Source: a bacterium (GTDB lineage Bacteria; UBA8248). From it: 64,000 nt of DNA. The notes beneath the pieces were generated by a model. That model was not told the origin of the DNA, did no database searches, and was given only the letters and a program-made list of their open reading frames with translations. The position numbers and the translations under genes were made by a program. Numbering within the stretch: position 1 is the stretch's first letter; the number at the start of each line of letters is the position of its first letter. The stretch spans positions 4,160,001 through 4,224,000 of the forward strand of contig OZ242260.1 of NCBI GenBank assembly GCA_965207065.1. The letters run 5' to 3'. Positions 9,986 through 18,891 of the stretch are shown here, piece by piece.

Positions 9986-10801
9986 TCAGCCCACGAGGGC
10001 TTCGAGACGCGCGTAGATATCAGGAGGAAGCGCGCCGCCGCCCGATGCCGCCGCGTTCTCGTTCATGCGGCCCGCCCTTCCAGTGGCGGGAATGACGCTG
10101 GAGACGCGCTCATCCGCGAGAAGGTATTTCAGGAGCGCCTGACCCGGTGTTCCTGAATGGAGTGCTTTCAGTTCCGGCATACGGGCGATACTGCCCCCGG
10201 GGCCAAGCAAGCCGCTCCTCAAGTGACTGAAAGGCCGCATGACGATCACGCCCAGGTTCATCTCCTGCGCCAGGGGCAGTACCTCCTCGCGGCACTGCAC
10301 CTCGCCCAGATAGTAGGGAATCTGGATCGCGTCGTAGGCGTCCGTCTTCATGGCCTCGATGAGTTCGGGGAAATTATCGGGTCTTCTGTCCGTGACTCCC
10401 AGATGGCGGATTCTGCCCTCTTTTTGATACGCCTGCATAACCGGCGTCACCTCGCGCCAGCCCGCCATGTTGTGAATCTGCAAAAGATCGATAACGTCCG
10501 TGCGAAGCCGTTTGAAGGAGCGCTCGATGCTCGCGCGGGCCGCCGATGCGCTCGACTCCCACACCTTGGTCGCCAGGACGATTTTGTCTCTGCTACCTTC
10601 CAGCGCCTCTCCCAGCACCCGCTCGGATTCCCCGTATATCGGCGCGGTGTCGAAGAAATTGATCCCGCAATCCAGGCATTCTCGGACGATCTCGACGCAC
10701 CGGGCGGGTTCGCTGCTCGCCATGTGCATGAAATTGTGCGAAGTGCCGAGGCCGATCTCGCTCACTTCAAGGCCGGTCCTGCCGAGACGGCGATGGTTCA
10801 T
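9986..10801 (-). CDS. Aldo/keto reductase
   Basis: LGRTGLEVSEIGLG, FDTAPIYG, LATK, DLLQIH. Confidence 0.92.
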   Translation of the reverse strand: MNHRRLGRTGLEVSEIGLGTSHNFMHMASSEPARCVEIVRECLDCGINFFDTAPIYGESERVLGEALEGSRDKIVLATKVWESSASAARASIERSFKRLRTDVIDLLQIHNMAGWREVTPVMQAYQKEGRIRHLGVTDRRPDNFPELIEAMKTDAYDAIQIPYYLGEVQCREEVLPLAQEMNLGVIVMRPFSHLRSGLLGPGGSIARMPELKALHSGTPGQALLKYLLADERVSSVIPATGRAGRMNENAAASGGGALPPDIYARLEALVG

Positions 10802-10996
10802 GTTTTACTCCAGGTGATTAACTCGAGCGGCACATTGATGTTTCCTATCCCCGTCCTAACCCAGTACCCAGAAAGCACACAAAGGCGAAATCCTCGACTT
10901 ACAAGCCCCCAATCACGCGTGGATTTTCTGGTGAGGATATCGCCAGGAGAAAAAATCAATAACCTAAGCTTTATCTTCAATCACCTATATAATCCC

Positions 10997-12292
10997 CTAG
11001 TCATCTTCGAAATCGAAATCAGCTTCAGAAAGACCCCTCAATATTTCCCAAACAGCCAGAAAATTGTCGTGTGCTAGATAACCGAATTTTGGCAAATCAT
11101 CACTAAAGTAGATATGATCCATACCCAAATTGTAACAATGCTCCATGTATTCTGAGAAAAGATAGCGCAGCAGACCACATACTCGCGTGCACATATTGTG
11201 ACAAGTGACGCTCTCAAGCATACTTTCTTTGAATCCGCGCCAGTTGGGGAGGCTAATCTCGGGGCTTATTTTGTTTCCGCTTCTATTTTCAAAGAATTCT
11301 TCGAATGCTTTCTGTACGATCCGAATTGCTTGTCCCTGAAACGACGAATACAGATTGTAAAACCAATCTTCTTTTTCATCGAGTTGGTCAGTAAGGGCTT
11401 GAAGAGCACTCAGACGCGATTCTTCGGAAGCACCATAGACTTCCCCTTCATGAATATCCGCATGGAAAAGGCTGAATGGATTGAGTAGACACAAAATAAT
11501 AGTATTTGGATGTGGAAAAAGCGGACAAAGCTCATTCCAGTATTGGCGAGCGTAGACGAAGCCATGAAGGCCGAGAGCCTCCACTTTTTGTGCAATGATT
11601 CCCGTCATAATTTGAAAGGCGTCCTGAGTATAGTCAGGCGGGGTTCCGTCGCCGACCTCTCCTGCATCAATCCATCCATCAATGAGGGGGAAAGAGGCCG
11701 TTACAACCGTGAATGCTTCGTCACCAACGATGGTGTTTTCAATCCAGCGGTAATATAAGTCCCCCGGATAAAACGGCGACAATGAAACAGCGCCTCCATC
11801 TATTGTTGGTGTCAAAGCCAGAATGTTCTTATGGTTTATGATAAGTTCTTGCGCCAAGGCATCTCTGATACTTCTTCCCGTCATCGGAGCTACTAAAATT
11901 GATGATAGGCTTGACTCAGATAAAGATGGAAAAAGTGTGCAAAAGTGATTGGCATAAGAAAGAAGTTGAGTAAAAGCTTGGCGTTCCGTCTGGGTTGATT
12001 TTTTGAGTTCAATGATCACAAGACCACCGTCTTCTTCATAGTGACCTAGGAGATCGATCCTTGTTGTCGTATCCCCATCGCGCACCAGACATATCTCTTT
12101 TCCGTCCAGTGACAGTAACTCCAGACGTTTTACAAAGTTACAAATTCGCTTTTCAGTTCTTATGCGCAAAAGGTCTGATATCCTTAGAAACTCATCAGTT
12201 TTGAAGGGAGCAGGATTTTGGTGTTCAATCAATTTATAAATGTTGTTTTTGTAGTTCTTGAATAAAAAATCTCTCAGATCATTCTCTTTCAT
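10997..12292 (-). CDS. Hypothetical protein with N-terminal PD-(D/E)XK (NucS-like) nuclease motif, low GC
   Basis: RIDLLG...VIIELKK...QLLSY motif; AT-rich codon usage. Confidence 0.65.
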   Translation of the reverse strand: MKENDLRDFLFKNYKNNIYKLIEHQNPAPFKTDEFLRISDLLRIRTEKRICNFVKRLELLSLDGKEICLVRDGDTTTRIDLLGHYEEDGGLVIIELKKSTQTERQAFTQLLSYANHFCTLFPSLSESSLSSILVAPMTGRSIRDALAQELIINHKNILALTPTIDGGAVSLSPFYPGDLYYRWIENTIVGDEAFTVVTASFPLIDGWIDAGEVGDGTPPDYTQDAFQIMTGIIAQKVEALGLHGFVYARQYWNELCPLFPHPNTIILCLLNPFSLFHADIHEGEVYGASEESRLSALQALTDQLDEKEDWFYNLYSSFQGQAIRIVQKAFEEFFENRSGNKISPEISLPNWRGFKESMLESVTCHNMCTRVCGLLRYLFSEYMEHCYNLGMDHIYFSDDLPKFGYLAHDNFLAVWEILRGLSEADFDFEDD

Positions 12293-12322
12293 TCCTTCTC
12301 CTTGGCCAACATTCCCTTCTTT

Positions 12323-13009
12323 TCAACCCCCCGATACTCTCGCCAGAATCTCGCGGTAGCCCTCATACACCGCCTCCCCGTAGGCAGGCGGGGCGTGGAC
12401 CTCGGTGAGCTTCCCGCCCTCTATCGTCTTATCCGAAGCGTACGGGTTGAAGACGGCTTCCCCGCCCGGGAAAATGAGGGTGGGGCTGGTCATCGGCATG
12501 TCCTCTTCGTCCCTCAGGCGCATGGCTTCTCTGTAGTCATCCATCACGCCCTCCTCGTATGCGCCCGATTCCAGGTCTGCGCGCACTTTGGAGCCATCGA
12601 GACCCGCTTCTCCCGCCATCTCGCAAAGAACCGCGTCCTCATCCACGCGTTTTCCCTCGTAGAAGAAACCGCGCCTGATCGCGAGATCGTAGACGCGCGC
12701 CTTTTCGGGGTCCTGCGCGTATGCGCTCGCGTAGGCCTGAAAGGCGCGGATGGTTGTCCTCAGGTATTCCTCGTGCGGCCAGCTTCTGCACGGCGAGAGC
12801 GGCTCCTGAACCGCTATCAGGGGCCATTCCTGATCCACGATGTAGCGCGGCGCCGGGCGGTCGTTGATGACCTCCAGCGGAAATGCGCGCCATTTGAGAT
12901 GCAGTTTGTCCTCGAACTCGGGCATCACCTTGTCCAGCCGCGCCGCGGCCATATACGCCCAGGGTCAGTGGTATTCGTGAAAAATCTCGACAACCGCCGT
13001 ATCCGCCAT
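12323..13009 (-). CDS. DsbA/FrnE-family thiol oxidoreductase, probable selenoprotein (UGA at 12965-12967)
   Basis: Frame reads MADTAVVEIFHEYH-UGA-PWAYMAAARL...; UGA aligns with the Cys of the CPW motif; later SPTLIF cis-Pro loop. Confidence 0.8.
12936..12950 (-). promoter_or_regulatory. Candidate bacterial SECIS hairpin
   Basis: GGCCGC-GGC-GCGGCU stem-loop starting 15 nt after the UGA; loop begins with G. Confidence 0.4.
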
Positions 13010-13158
13010 CTCATGCCCTCACTCGCAAGAAGTCTTATGATGAAATCAGGACGGGAAGCATTCTCTCCCCTCCCCGATGATTTACACCCCGGATTCATCG
13101 AGGGCAAGTTGTTTCCCAACCACCTCTGCCTCATGCGCTCGATAAAAGCTGTGGTATC

Positions 13159-13602
13159 ATGCCGAAAATCATGGAGACCGCCGGAATGAACCCTGAGGAT
13201 CAGCTACTCGCCACCATACTCGCAGGCGCCGAGACCATCGCCGTGATCGGTCTATCGGTCGACCCCTCGCGCACGAGCCACCGAATCGCCTCGTATATGC
13301 AGGAGGCGGGTTACCGGGTCATCCCGATAAATCCCGGAATCGAATCCGCCCTCGGCGAGAAGGCCTATCCCAGCCTGGGCGAAGTCACCGAGCGCATCGA
13401 CATCGTGAACGTCTTCCGGCGTTCCGAGGAGATACCCGCTCTTGTGGATGACGCCATCGAGAAGCGCCCGCGCGTCTTCTGGATGCAAAAGGGCATCGCC
13501 CATCCCGGCTCCGCGCGCCGCCTGGAGGATGCGGGCATCACGATGATTCAGAACCTCTGCATCAAGACCGCCCACCGGGAACTCACGCAAACCCCTCGAT
13601 GA
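13159..13602 (+). CDS. CoA-binding protein (YccU-like)
   Basis: IAVIGLS, GYRVIPINP, DIVNVFR, WMQKG. Confidence 0.9.
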   Translation: MPKIMETAGMNPEDQLLATILAGAETIAVIGLSVDPSRTSHRIASYMQEAGYRVIPINPGIESALGEKAYPSLGEVTERIDIVNVFRRSEEIPALVDDAIEKRPRVFWMQKGIAHPGSARRLEDAGITMIQNLCIKTAHRELTQTPR

Positions 13603-13663
13603 GAATGGGCCGCTGCGAATCTCGCAAAAATTCCATCGCTACCTGCTCCTCGGCGCAGGCGCT

Positions 13664-14446
13664 TTGTTGGTCGTGGGAATGTTTGGATTTTTAGAGAATT
13701 TCCTGCTCTATCATCCCTACCGGGAAATCGAGGTCACGCCCAAAACCTATCGAATCGCGTATGAGGACGTCTCCTTCAACGCAGAAGACGGCGTGCGCCT
13801 GCACGGCTGGTACGTCGCGCCCAAAGACCCGGACGGTCCGGTGCTCCTGTGGACGCACGGCAACGCGGGCAACCTCTCCCACCGCGCGGAGAACATCGCG
13901 CTCATCCAGAAAGAACTGGGAGCGGGCGTCTTTATCTTCGACTACAGAGGATACGGGCAAAGCGAGGGACGACCGAGCGAGGAGGGCTTATACGCAGACG
14001 GCAGAGCCGCGTACGCGTGGCTCATCGAGCGCGTGCCGCACGAGCGCATCTTCTTGTTCGGGCGCTCCCTGGGCGCGGCCGTGGTGGTGAAGCTCGCCGT
14101 GGAAGGAAAGAAAGCGCGCGGCCTGATTCTCGAGAGCCCCTTCGAGAGCACCCTCGCCATGGGCAAGAAGATGTTCCCCTTCCTGCCGGTGGGGTGGCTC
14201 ATCTCCGCAAAATTCGACAGCGCGGCCATGATACCCAAAGTGAAGACCCCCCTATTCGTCCTGCATGGGGATAAGGACGGAATCGTCCCCTACGCGCAGG
14301 GGCTACGGCTCTTCGAGGCGGCGGGCTCAAAACACAAGCGGTTTTTCACCATCAAGGGAGCGGGCCACAACGACACGTATTACACCGGGGGCGCGCCCTA
14401 CTGGGCGGCGTGGCGGGAATTTCTGGGAAATCCCGAGTCAAGGTGA
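13664..14446 (+). CDS. Alpha/beta hydrolase (BEM46/ABHD13-like); start uncertain
   Basis: HGNAGN, DYRGYG, GRSLG, HGDKD, GHND. Confidence 0.9.
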   Translation: MLVVGMFGFLENFLLYHPYREIEVTPKTYRIAYEDVSFNAEDGVRLHGWYVAPKDPDGPVLLWTHGNAGNLSHRAENIALIQKELGAGVFIFDYRGYGQSEGRPSEEGLYADGRAAYAWLIERVPHERIFLFGRSLGAAVVVKLAVEGKKARGLILESPFESTLAMGKKMFPFLPVGWLISAKFDSAAMIPKVKTPLFVLHGDKDGIVPYAQGLRLFEAAGSKHKRFFTIKGAGHNDTYYTGGAPYWAAWREFLGNPESR

Positions 14447-15244
14447 ATCGGGAGTCGGACCCGTCTTCCTGGCCCTGCGCCTCGATCGAAACTCCTGCAG
14501 CAGCCTTTCATGATGCACGCTCGTGAAGAAATTCTCGACGAACGAGTTCACCGGATGGTTGATGAGGTTCTCCGGCGTATCGACCTGGACGATCACGCCA
14601 TCACGCATCACGGCGATTCGGTCGGCGATCTGAAACGCATCCGTCAAATCGTGCGTCACCAGCAGGCTGATCGCCCCGATCTCGTCGTGCACACGTCTCA
14701 ATTCTTTTCTGACCTCGAGCCTCGCGACCGGATCGATGTTCGCCAGAGGCTCATCGAGAAGAAAAACCTGCGGGGGGATGGCGATGGCGCGGCCGATGGC
14801 GACTTTTTGCTGCTGGCCCGCGCTCAGGCTGTCCGGACTGCGGCGGGACCATTTTTTGCTGATCCCCAAACGCCGCATCACGTCCTGGGCGCGCTCGTTC
14901 AGGATGCCCGGCAACCAGCGGCGGATTTTGAGCGCGAAGCTCAGGTTCGAGTATTTCTTCTCGTCAAAAACCTTCATGTGCGGCCAGAGGGCGTAGCTCT
15001 GGAACACGAGCTGCACCCCGCGCCTTCCGGGCGGGATGCCGTTCAGCCGAACGCCATCGAGGTAGATATGGCCCGCATCTTCATCCTCCACGCCGGCGAT
15101 GAGGCGTAAGAGCGTCGATTTCCCGCAGCCCGTGGGACCGACGAGCACCATGAACTCCCTGTCCTCGAGCGCCAGGGAAAGGTTGTCGACCGCGCACACG
15201 TCGTCGAAATCTTTCTTGAGTCCCGTAACAGTCAGACGGCTCAT
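14438..15244 (-). CDS. ABC transporter ATP-binding protein (MalK-like)
   Basis: GPTGCGKST Walker A, LSAGQQQ signature, LLDEP, VTHD. Confidence 0.9.
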   Translation of the reverse strand: MSRLTVTGLKKDFDDVCAVDNLSLALEDREFMVLVGPTGCGKSTLLRLIAGVEDEDAGHIYLDGVRLNGIPPGRRGVQLVFQSYALWPHMKVFDEKKYSNLSFALKIRRWLPGILNERAQDVMRRLGISKKWSRRSPDSLSAGQQQKVAIGRAIAIPPQVFLLDEPLANIDPVARLEVRKELRRVHDEIGAISLLVTHDLTDAFQIADRIAVMRDGVIVQVDTPENLINHPVNSFVENFFTSVHHERLLQEFRSRRRARKTGPTPDSP

Positions 15245-15261
15245 GCCTCTCTCCGGTTCTT

Positions 15262-15618
15262 TCAGTCCTTCGGCGCGAGTTCGTTCAGCTTCTCGACGCC
15301 CGGCGTGAAGATTTCCTCCAGCACGAGCGGCCCATCGCCCGCGTTTCGCGTGGAGTGCTCCTGGTTCGGCGGAAAAACCACGACGCCGCCCGGCCCGAGC
15401 TCCACCTCTTTCCCACCGCACGTGAACCTAGCCCGTCCCTCCAGAACGATCGTCATCTGCTCGTTGGGATGCGAATGGGGGTTGTACATGTCCACGCCGG
15501 CGCGAATCGTCTGGCGAAGCACGGTCAGGCGCTCGCCCGCCACCACTCTCTGGATCCGCTCGCCGGTATCGTGCGCTGCCATCTCTTCGAAATGATAGTG
15601 TTTCACGCTCTTCTCCAC
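15262..15618 (-). CDS. Cupin domain protein
   Basis: PHSHPNEQ and PPNQEH cupin motifs. Confidence 0.88.
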   Translation of the reverse strand: MEKSVKHYHFEEMAAHDTGERIQRVVAGERLTVLRQTIRAGVDMYNPHSHPNEQMTIVLEGRARFTCGGKEVELGPGGVVVFPPNQEHSTRNAGDGPLVLEEIFTPGVEKLNELAPKD

Positions 15619-15752
15619 CTGAATGGATGAAACTTTACGAAAAATTTAAGCTCCGCTGCGGGAACCGCCTGATTCATCGTATAAAAGTATTTGCATCGGC
15701 TCAAACCTTCTCCTAAAGTGTACGAAGGCCGTCTTTTTACGAGGAGACCACC

Positions 15753-16277
15753 ATGAAGCGAACTCTCATATGCATCATCGCCATCGCATTGATCGCCGCG
15801 TTCTGGACCTTTCACCAGGCGGGCGCATCGGGACTCGGACCCGGCGCGCAAGCGCCCGAGCTCAAGGGCGGGCCCTGGATTGGCGGCGAGCCCGTCAAGC
15901 TCGAAGAATTGCGCGGCAAGGTCGTTCTCCTCGACATGTGGACGTTCGCCTGAATCAATTGCGTGCGGGAGATCCCCACGCTGCGTTCGTGGCACGAGCG
16001 CTATGAGGACAAGGGGCTGGTCGTCATCGGGAACCATGCGCCCGAGTTCAACTTCGACAGGAAAAAAGAAAACATCGAAGAGGCAATGGCCAAGCTCGGC
16101 ATCAAGTACCGCGTCGTGATGGACAATGACTTCACGAACTGGAACGCCTTTCAGAATCGCTTCTGGCCGACGAAATACCTGATCGACAAAAAGGGGATCG
16201 TGCGCTTCAAGACGATTGGCGAGGGCAACCACGAGCGCACCGAAGCGATGATCATGAAGCTACTCGCTGAAAAATGA
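15753..16277 (+). CDS. Exported redoxin (TlpA/DipZ-like thioredoxin), probable selenoprotein with UxxC (UGA at 15951-15953)
   Basis: Signal peptide; LRGKVVLLDMWTFA-UGA-INCVREIP...HAPEF...WPTKYLID...GEG in one frame. Confidence 0.88.
15961..15981 (+). promoter_or_regulatory. Candidate bacterial SECIS hairpin
   Basis: GCGUG-C-GGG-AGAU-CCC-CACGC starting 8 nt after the UGA; G at second loop position. Confidence 0.55.
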
Positions 16278-17263
16278 TGGAAACAGAAGAAACGTCGCGA
16301 CCGGAGAGCACGCCCGCCTATCCCTACTCATCTCTCCTGAGAATCACCCACTGGCTGAACGTGCCCCTCCTGCTTCTCATGATGGCGAGCGGGTTCCAGA
16401 TCTGGTGGGCGTATCCCGCATTCGGGCCTGACATGCCCAATCCCGAAGCCATCTACGAGTCGCTTCGGGGGACGGAAACCCAGGCCGACCCGCGCGCCAT
16501 CAACCTGGGCGCCGACTACAGGGTGTTCGTCCAAGGCCTTACGAAAACTTTCGGCATCGGCGGGTGGCTTGCGGGCGCGCTGCGCTGGCACTTCGCACTC
16601 ATGTGGCCCTACACCATCAACGGGTTGATCTTTCTGCTCCTGCTCCTCCTGACGGAAGAAGGGAGGCACTACCGGATCAGGAAGGCCGATTTTTCGGGCG
16701 CCAAGGAAATGCTTCTCCATCCAATCAAGACCTTTCACCATCCCCCGGGAGAGGGGAAATTCAACCCGATCCAAAAACTCGCGTACAACGTCGTCATACT
16801 GGCCGGCGTGCTATCCATCCTGACGGGTCTCGCCATCCTGAAACCTGTACAGCTCGGTTGGCTGACCTGGCTTTTCGGGGGCTACCAGCCGAGCCGGTTC
16901 CTGCATTTTCTGGTCATGCTGTTTCTGGTCGTCTTCATGATCGGTCATTTCCTCATGGTGATATCCCACGGTTGGCGCCGCGGACTCGCGCCCATGATCG
17001 TCGGGATCAAGGCGGAGCGCGACGCCTTTCAGGCCAGACAAAGGCAATTCGCCAAAAAACTCGGGCGCATCGCCGAGGAGGCGGCGATCCTGGTGCTCGC
17101 TTTCTGGCTTGGAGGCCTCGTTGCGGATATGATGAACGCGGCTTTGGGCGGTGAGGCTCATGGATTATGGTTCGGCGCGCCGGGCTACCTCCTGGTACGG
17201 CTCGGCCTCATGCGCGGACGGCGCGTCGGAGACTTCTGGCGCAAGGCGAGGGCGGGAAGCTGA
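16274..17263 (+). CDS. Cytochrome b/b6 domain membrane protein (Ni_hydr_CYTB/YdhU-like)
   Basis: RITHWLN, WHFALMW, KFNPIQKLAY, RFLHF, IGHF: four heme-ligand His. Confidence 0.85.
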   Translation: MMETEETSRPESTPAYPYSSLLRITHWLNVPLLLLMMASGFQIWWAYPAFGPDMPNPEAIYESLRGTETQADPRAINLGADYRVFVQGLTKTFGIGGWLAGALRWHFALMWPYTINGLIFLLLLLLTEEGRHYRIRKADFSGAKEMLLHPIKTFHHPPGEGKFNPIQKLAYNVVILAGVLSILTGLAILKPVQLGWLTWLFGGYQPSRFLHFLVMLFLVVFMIGHFLMVISHGWRRGLAPMIVGIKAERDAFQARQRQFAKKLGRIAEEAAILVLAFWLGGLVADMMNAALGGEAHGLWFGAPGYLLVRLGLMRGRRVGDFWRKARAGS

Positions 17264-17547
17264 TGAACACGGAAGAACGAACGGAATTCGTATTGCCGAC
17301 CCAAATGGCGAAGCGCAGACTGTTCGCGGGCAGGCTGGTTTTGAGCGTCGTCTGCATCAACGCCTTTCTGGCCCTGGTCGCCGCATATATCCTGAGCGGG
17401 CCGATGGACTGGGTAACGAGTTTTGAATTCGGCTTTCTGACGTGGGCCTGCATTCTGTACCCTACCTCTCTCGTTCTGGCCGTCCCGATCATCGCCCCCG
17501 TCGTCTTCAAGGTGCTGAAGCCGCCGCCTGAGACGCCCGGAGAGTGA
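17263..17547 (+). CDS. Small two-TM hypothetical membrane protein
   Basis: TGATG coupling with upstream gene; two hydrophobic stretches. Confidence 0.6.
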   Translation: MNTEERTEFVLPTQMAKRRLFAGRLVLSVVCINAFLALVAAYILSGPMDWVTSFEFGFLTWACILYPTSLVLAVPIIAPVVFKVLKPPPETPGE

Positions 17548-18362
17548 AGATGAAAAAAGGCGAAAAGCGGAATGCAAGCCCTGGCGTGGGCAAGTCGACG
17601 TCTTCGCGGCGCGGATTCATGAAAATGCTCCTAGGCCTCGCCTCCGCCTTCATGGCCGGGTGCTCGCGCCTCAATGAGGAGCCCGGCGTGCAGGCCGTGC
17701 TGAGCTGGTTCGACCGTCTGAACCACAAGGTGGGCCTCATGACGGACAGCAACCACCGTCTGGCGCGCACCTATCCCCGGAACGCCGTTCAGCCCGAACA
17801 GATGCGGCCCAACGGCTCGGTGGTCACCCCGAACTCCCAAATCATCGAGACGCCTCCCGAGGAATGGCGGCTCGTCGTGGGCGAAGCCCACCTCAGAGAG
17901 GGCCAGATGATGAAGCGTCACTGGGTCCGGGAATACACGCTGGCGCAGCTTCGCGAAATGCCCGTGCTGGAACAGACGGTGGAGCACATCTGCGTGGAGG
18001 GCTGGAGCGCGATATGCCACTGGCGGGGGGTACACCTCGCGCGCTTCATCGAAATGCACAAGCTCAGACCCGAGAGCCGCTACGTTTTCTTCCTGTGCGA
18101 CGATATGCTCGCCACCGCGAACGGGCACGAGCGCTACAGCGTGACGTTCGATCTCAAGCAAGCGATGCACCCGCAGAACGTCCTCGCGTATGAATACAAC
18201 GGCGAAACGCTGCCCCTGAACCACGGCGCTCCACTTCGCCTCGCCTCGCCCACGAACGTGGGCTGGAAGAGCGCGAAATTCCTCCGCTACGTCTTCTTCA
18301 CGAACGAGGACCTGGGCGGGTTCTGGGAGAAGCAGGGCTACCCGCGCTATTACGGCTTCTGA
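17544..18362 (+). CDS. Molybdopterin-dependent oxidoreductase (sulfite oxidase/MsrP-YuiH family)
   Basis: SRRGFMK twin-Arg, HICVEGWS, HGAPLRL, GWKSAK, GFWEKQGY. Confidence 0.9.
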   Translation: MKMKKGEKRNASPGVGKSTSSRRGFMKMLLGLASAFMAGCSRLNEEPGVQAVLSWFDRLNHKVGLMTDSNHRLARTYPRNAVQPEQMRPNGSVVTPNSQIIETPPEEWRLVVGEAHLREGQMMKRHWVREYTLAQLREMPVLEQTVEHICVEGWSAICHWRGVHLARFIEMHKLRPESRYVFFLCDDMLATANGHERYSVTFDLKQAMHPQNVLAYEYNGETLPLNHGAPLRLASPTNVGWKSAKFLRYVFFTNEDLGGFWEKQGYPRYYGF

Positions 18363-18395
18363 CGACCTCCGGAACCATGGTGAACCTTGTCTACA

Positions 18396-18700
18396 GGGGT
18401 TGTTGAAAAAGTCCCGATAAATGAAGGTTCAACACGATGGGATTGTAGGGGCAGTTCGTTCGAGCTTCTCTTTCCCAGGAAGCTCGACACTCCTGCGGGC
18501 GAATGCGGTTTTGCTCGTCATTCCGGCGAAAGCCGGAATCCATTTGTTTTGCCTTTGTTTTTAGCTTCTGATTGATCCCCGTCAACGACGAGGAAATGAA
18601 AATCCTGTATATCGTCATTCTGCATTAGATTGGATTCCGGCTTTCGCCGGAATGACGGCGGTGGTCAATCCCGAGCGAGGTGTGGTTTTTCAACCACCCC
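18396..18700. mobile_element. MITE-like element with 15-bp terminal inverted repeats enclosing a CGTC-type REP pair
   Basis: GGGGTTGTTGAAAAA (18396-18410) and TTTTTCAACCACCCC (18686-18700); no ORF. Confidence 0.65.
18516..18657. repeat. Inverted pair of 27-bp REP palindromes
   Basis: CGTCATTCCGGCGAAAGCCGGAATCCA at 18516-18542 and its exact reverse complement at 18631-18657. Confidence 0.9.
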
Positions 18701-18734
18701 CTCCATCTACGGCTGATACCCGATTTCTTTCCCC

Positions 18735-18762
18735 TTGACAGCAACAGACTGATAGATAGAAT
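18735..18762 (+). promoter_or_regulatory. Sigma70-type promoter for TRAP operon
   Basis: TTGACA-N16-TAGAAT. Confidence 0.55.
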
Positions 18763-18891
18763 GTTCATTGATAAATGGAAAATAACAGTTGGCGCAGCAC
18801 AAGATTTGGGAGGCTAGGGGGCGTCTTATCGGCTTTGGAGATGGGCGCCCCTAATTTTAGAAGTGTCTAACTCGAAGGGAGGGAACGGCAG

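Noticed and set aside
6360-12300. Integron cassettes as origin of the low-GC islets
   Set aside because: No convincing attC (RYYYAAC...GTTRRRY) structures or integrase found
15951-15953. Nonsense mutation/pseudogene reading of the split redoxin (and of the DsbA-like gene at 12965-12967)
   Set aside because: In both genes the UGA sits exactly at the catalytic Cys, the rest of the frame is intact and a hairpin follows; selenocysteine is the simpler explanation, pending sel genes
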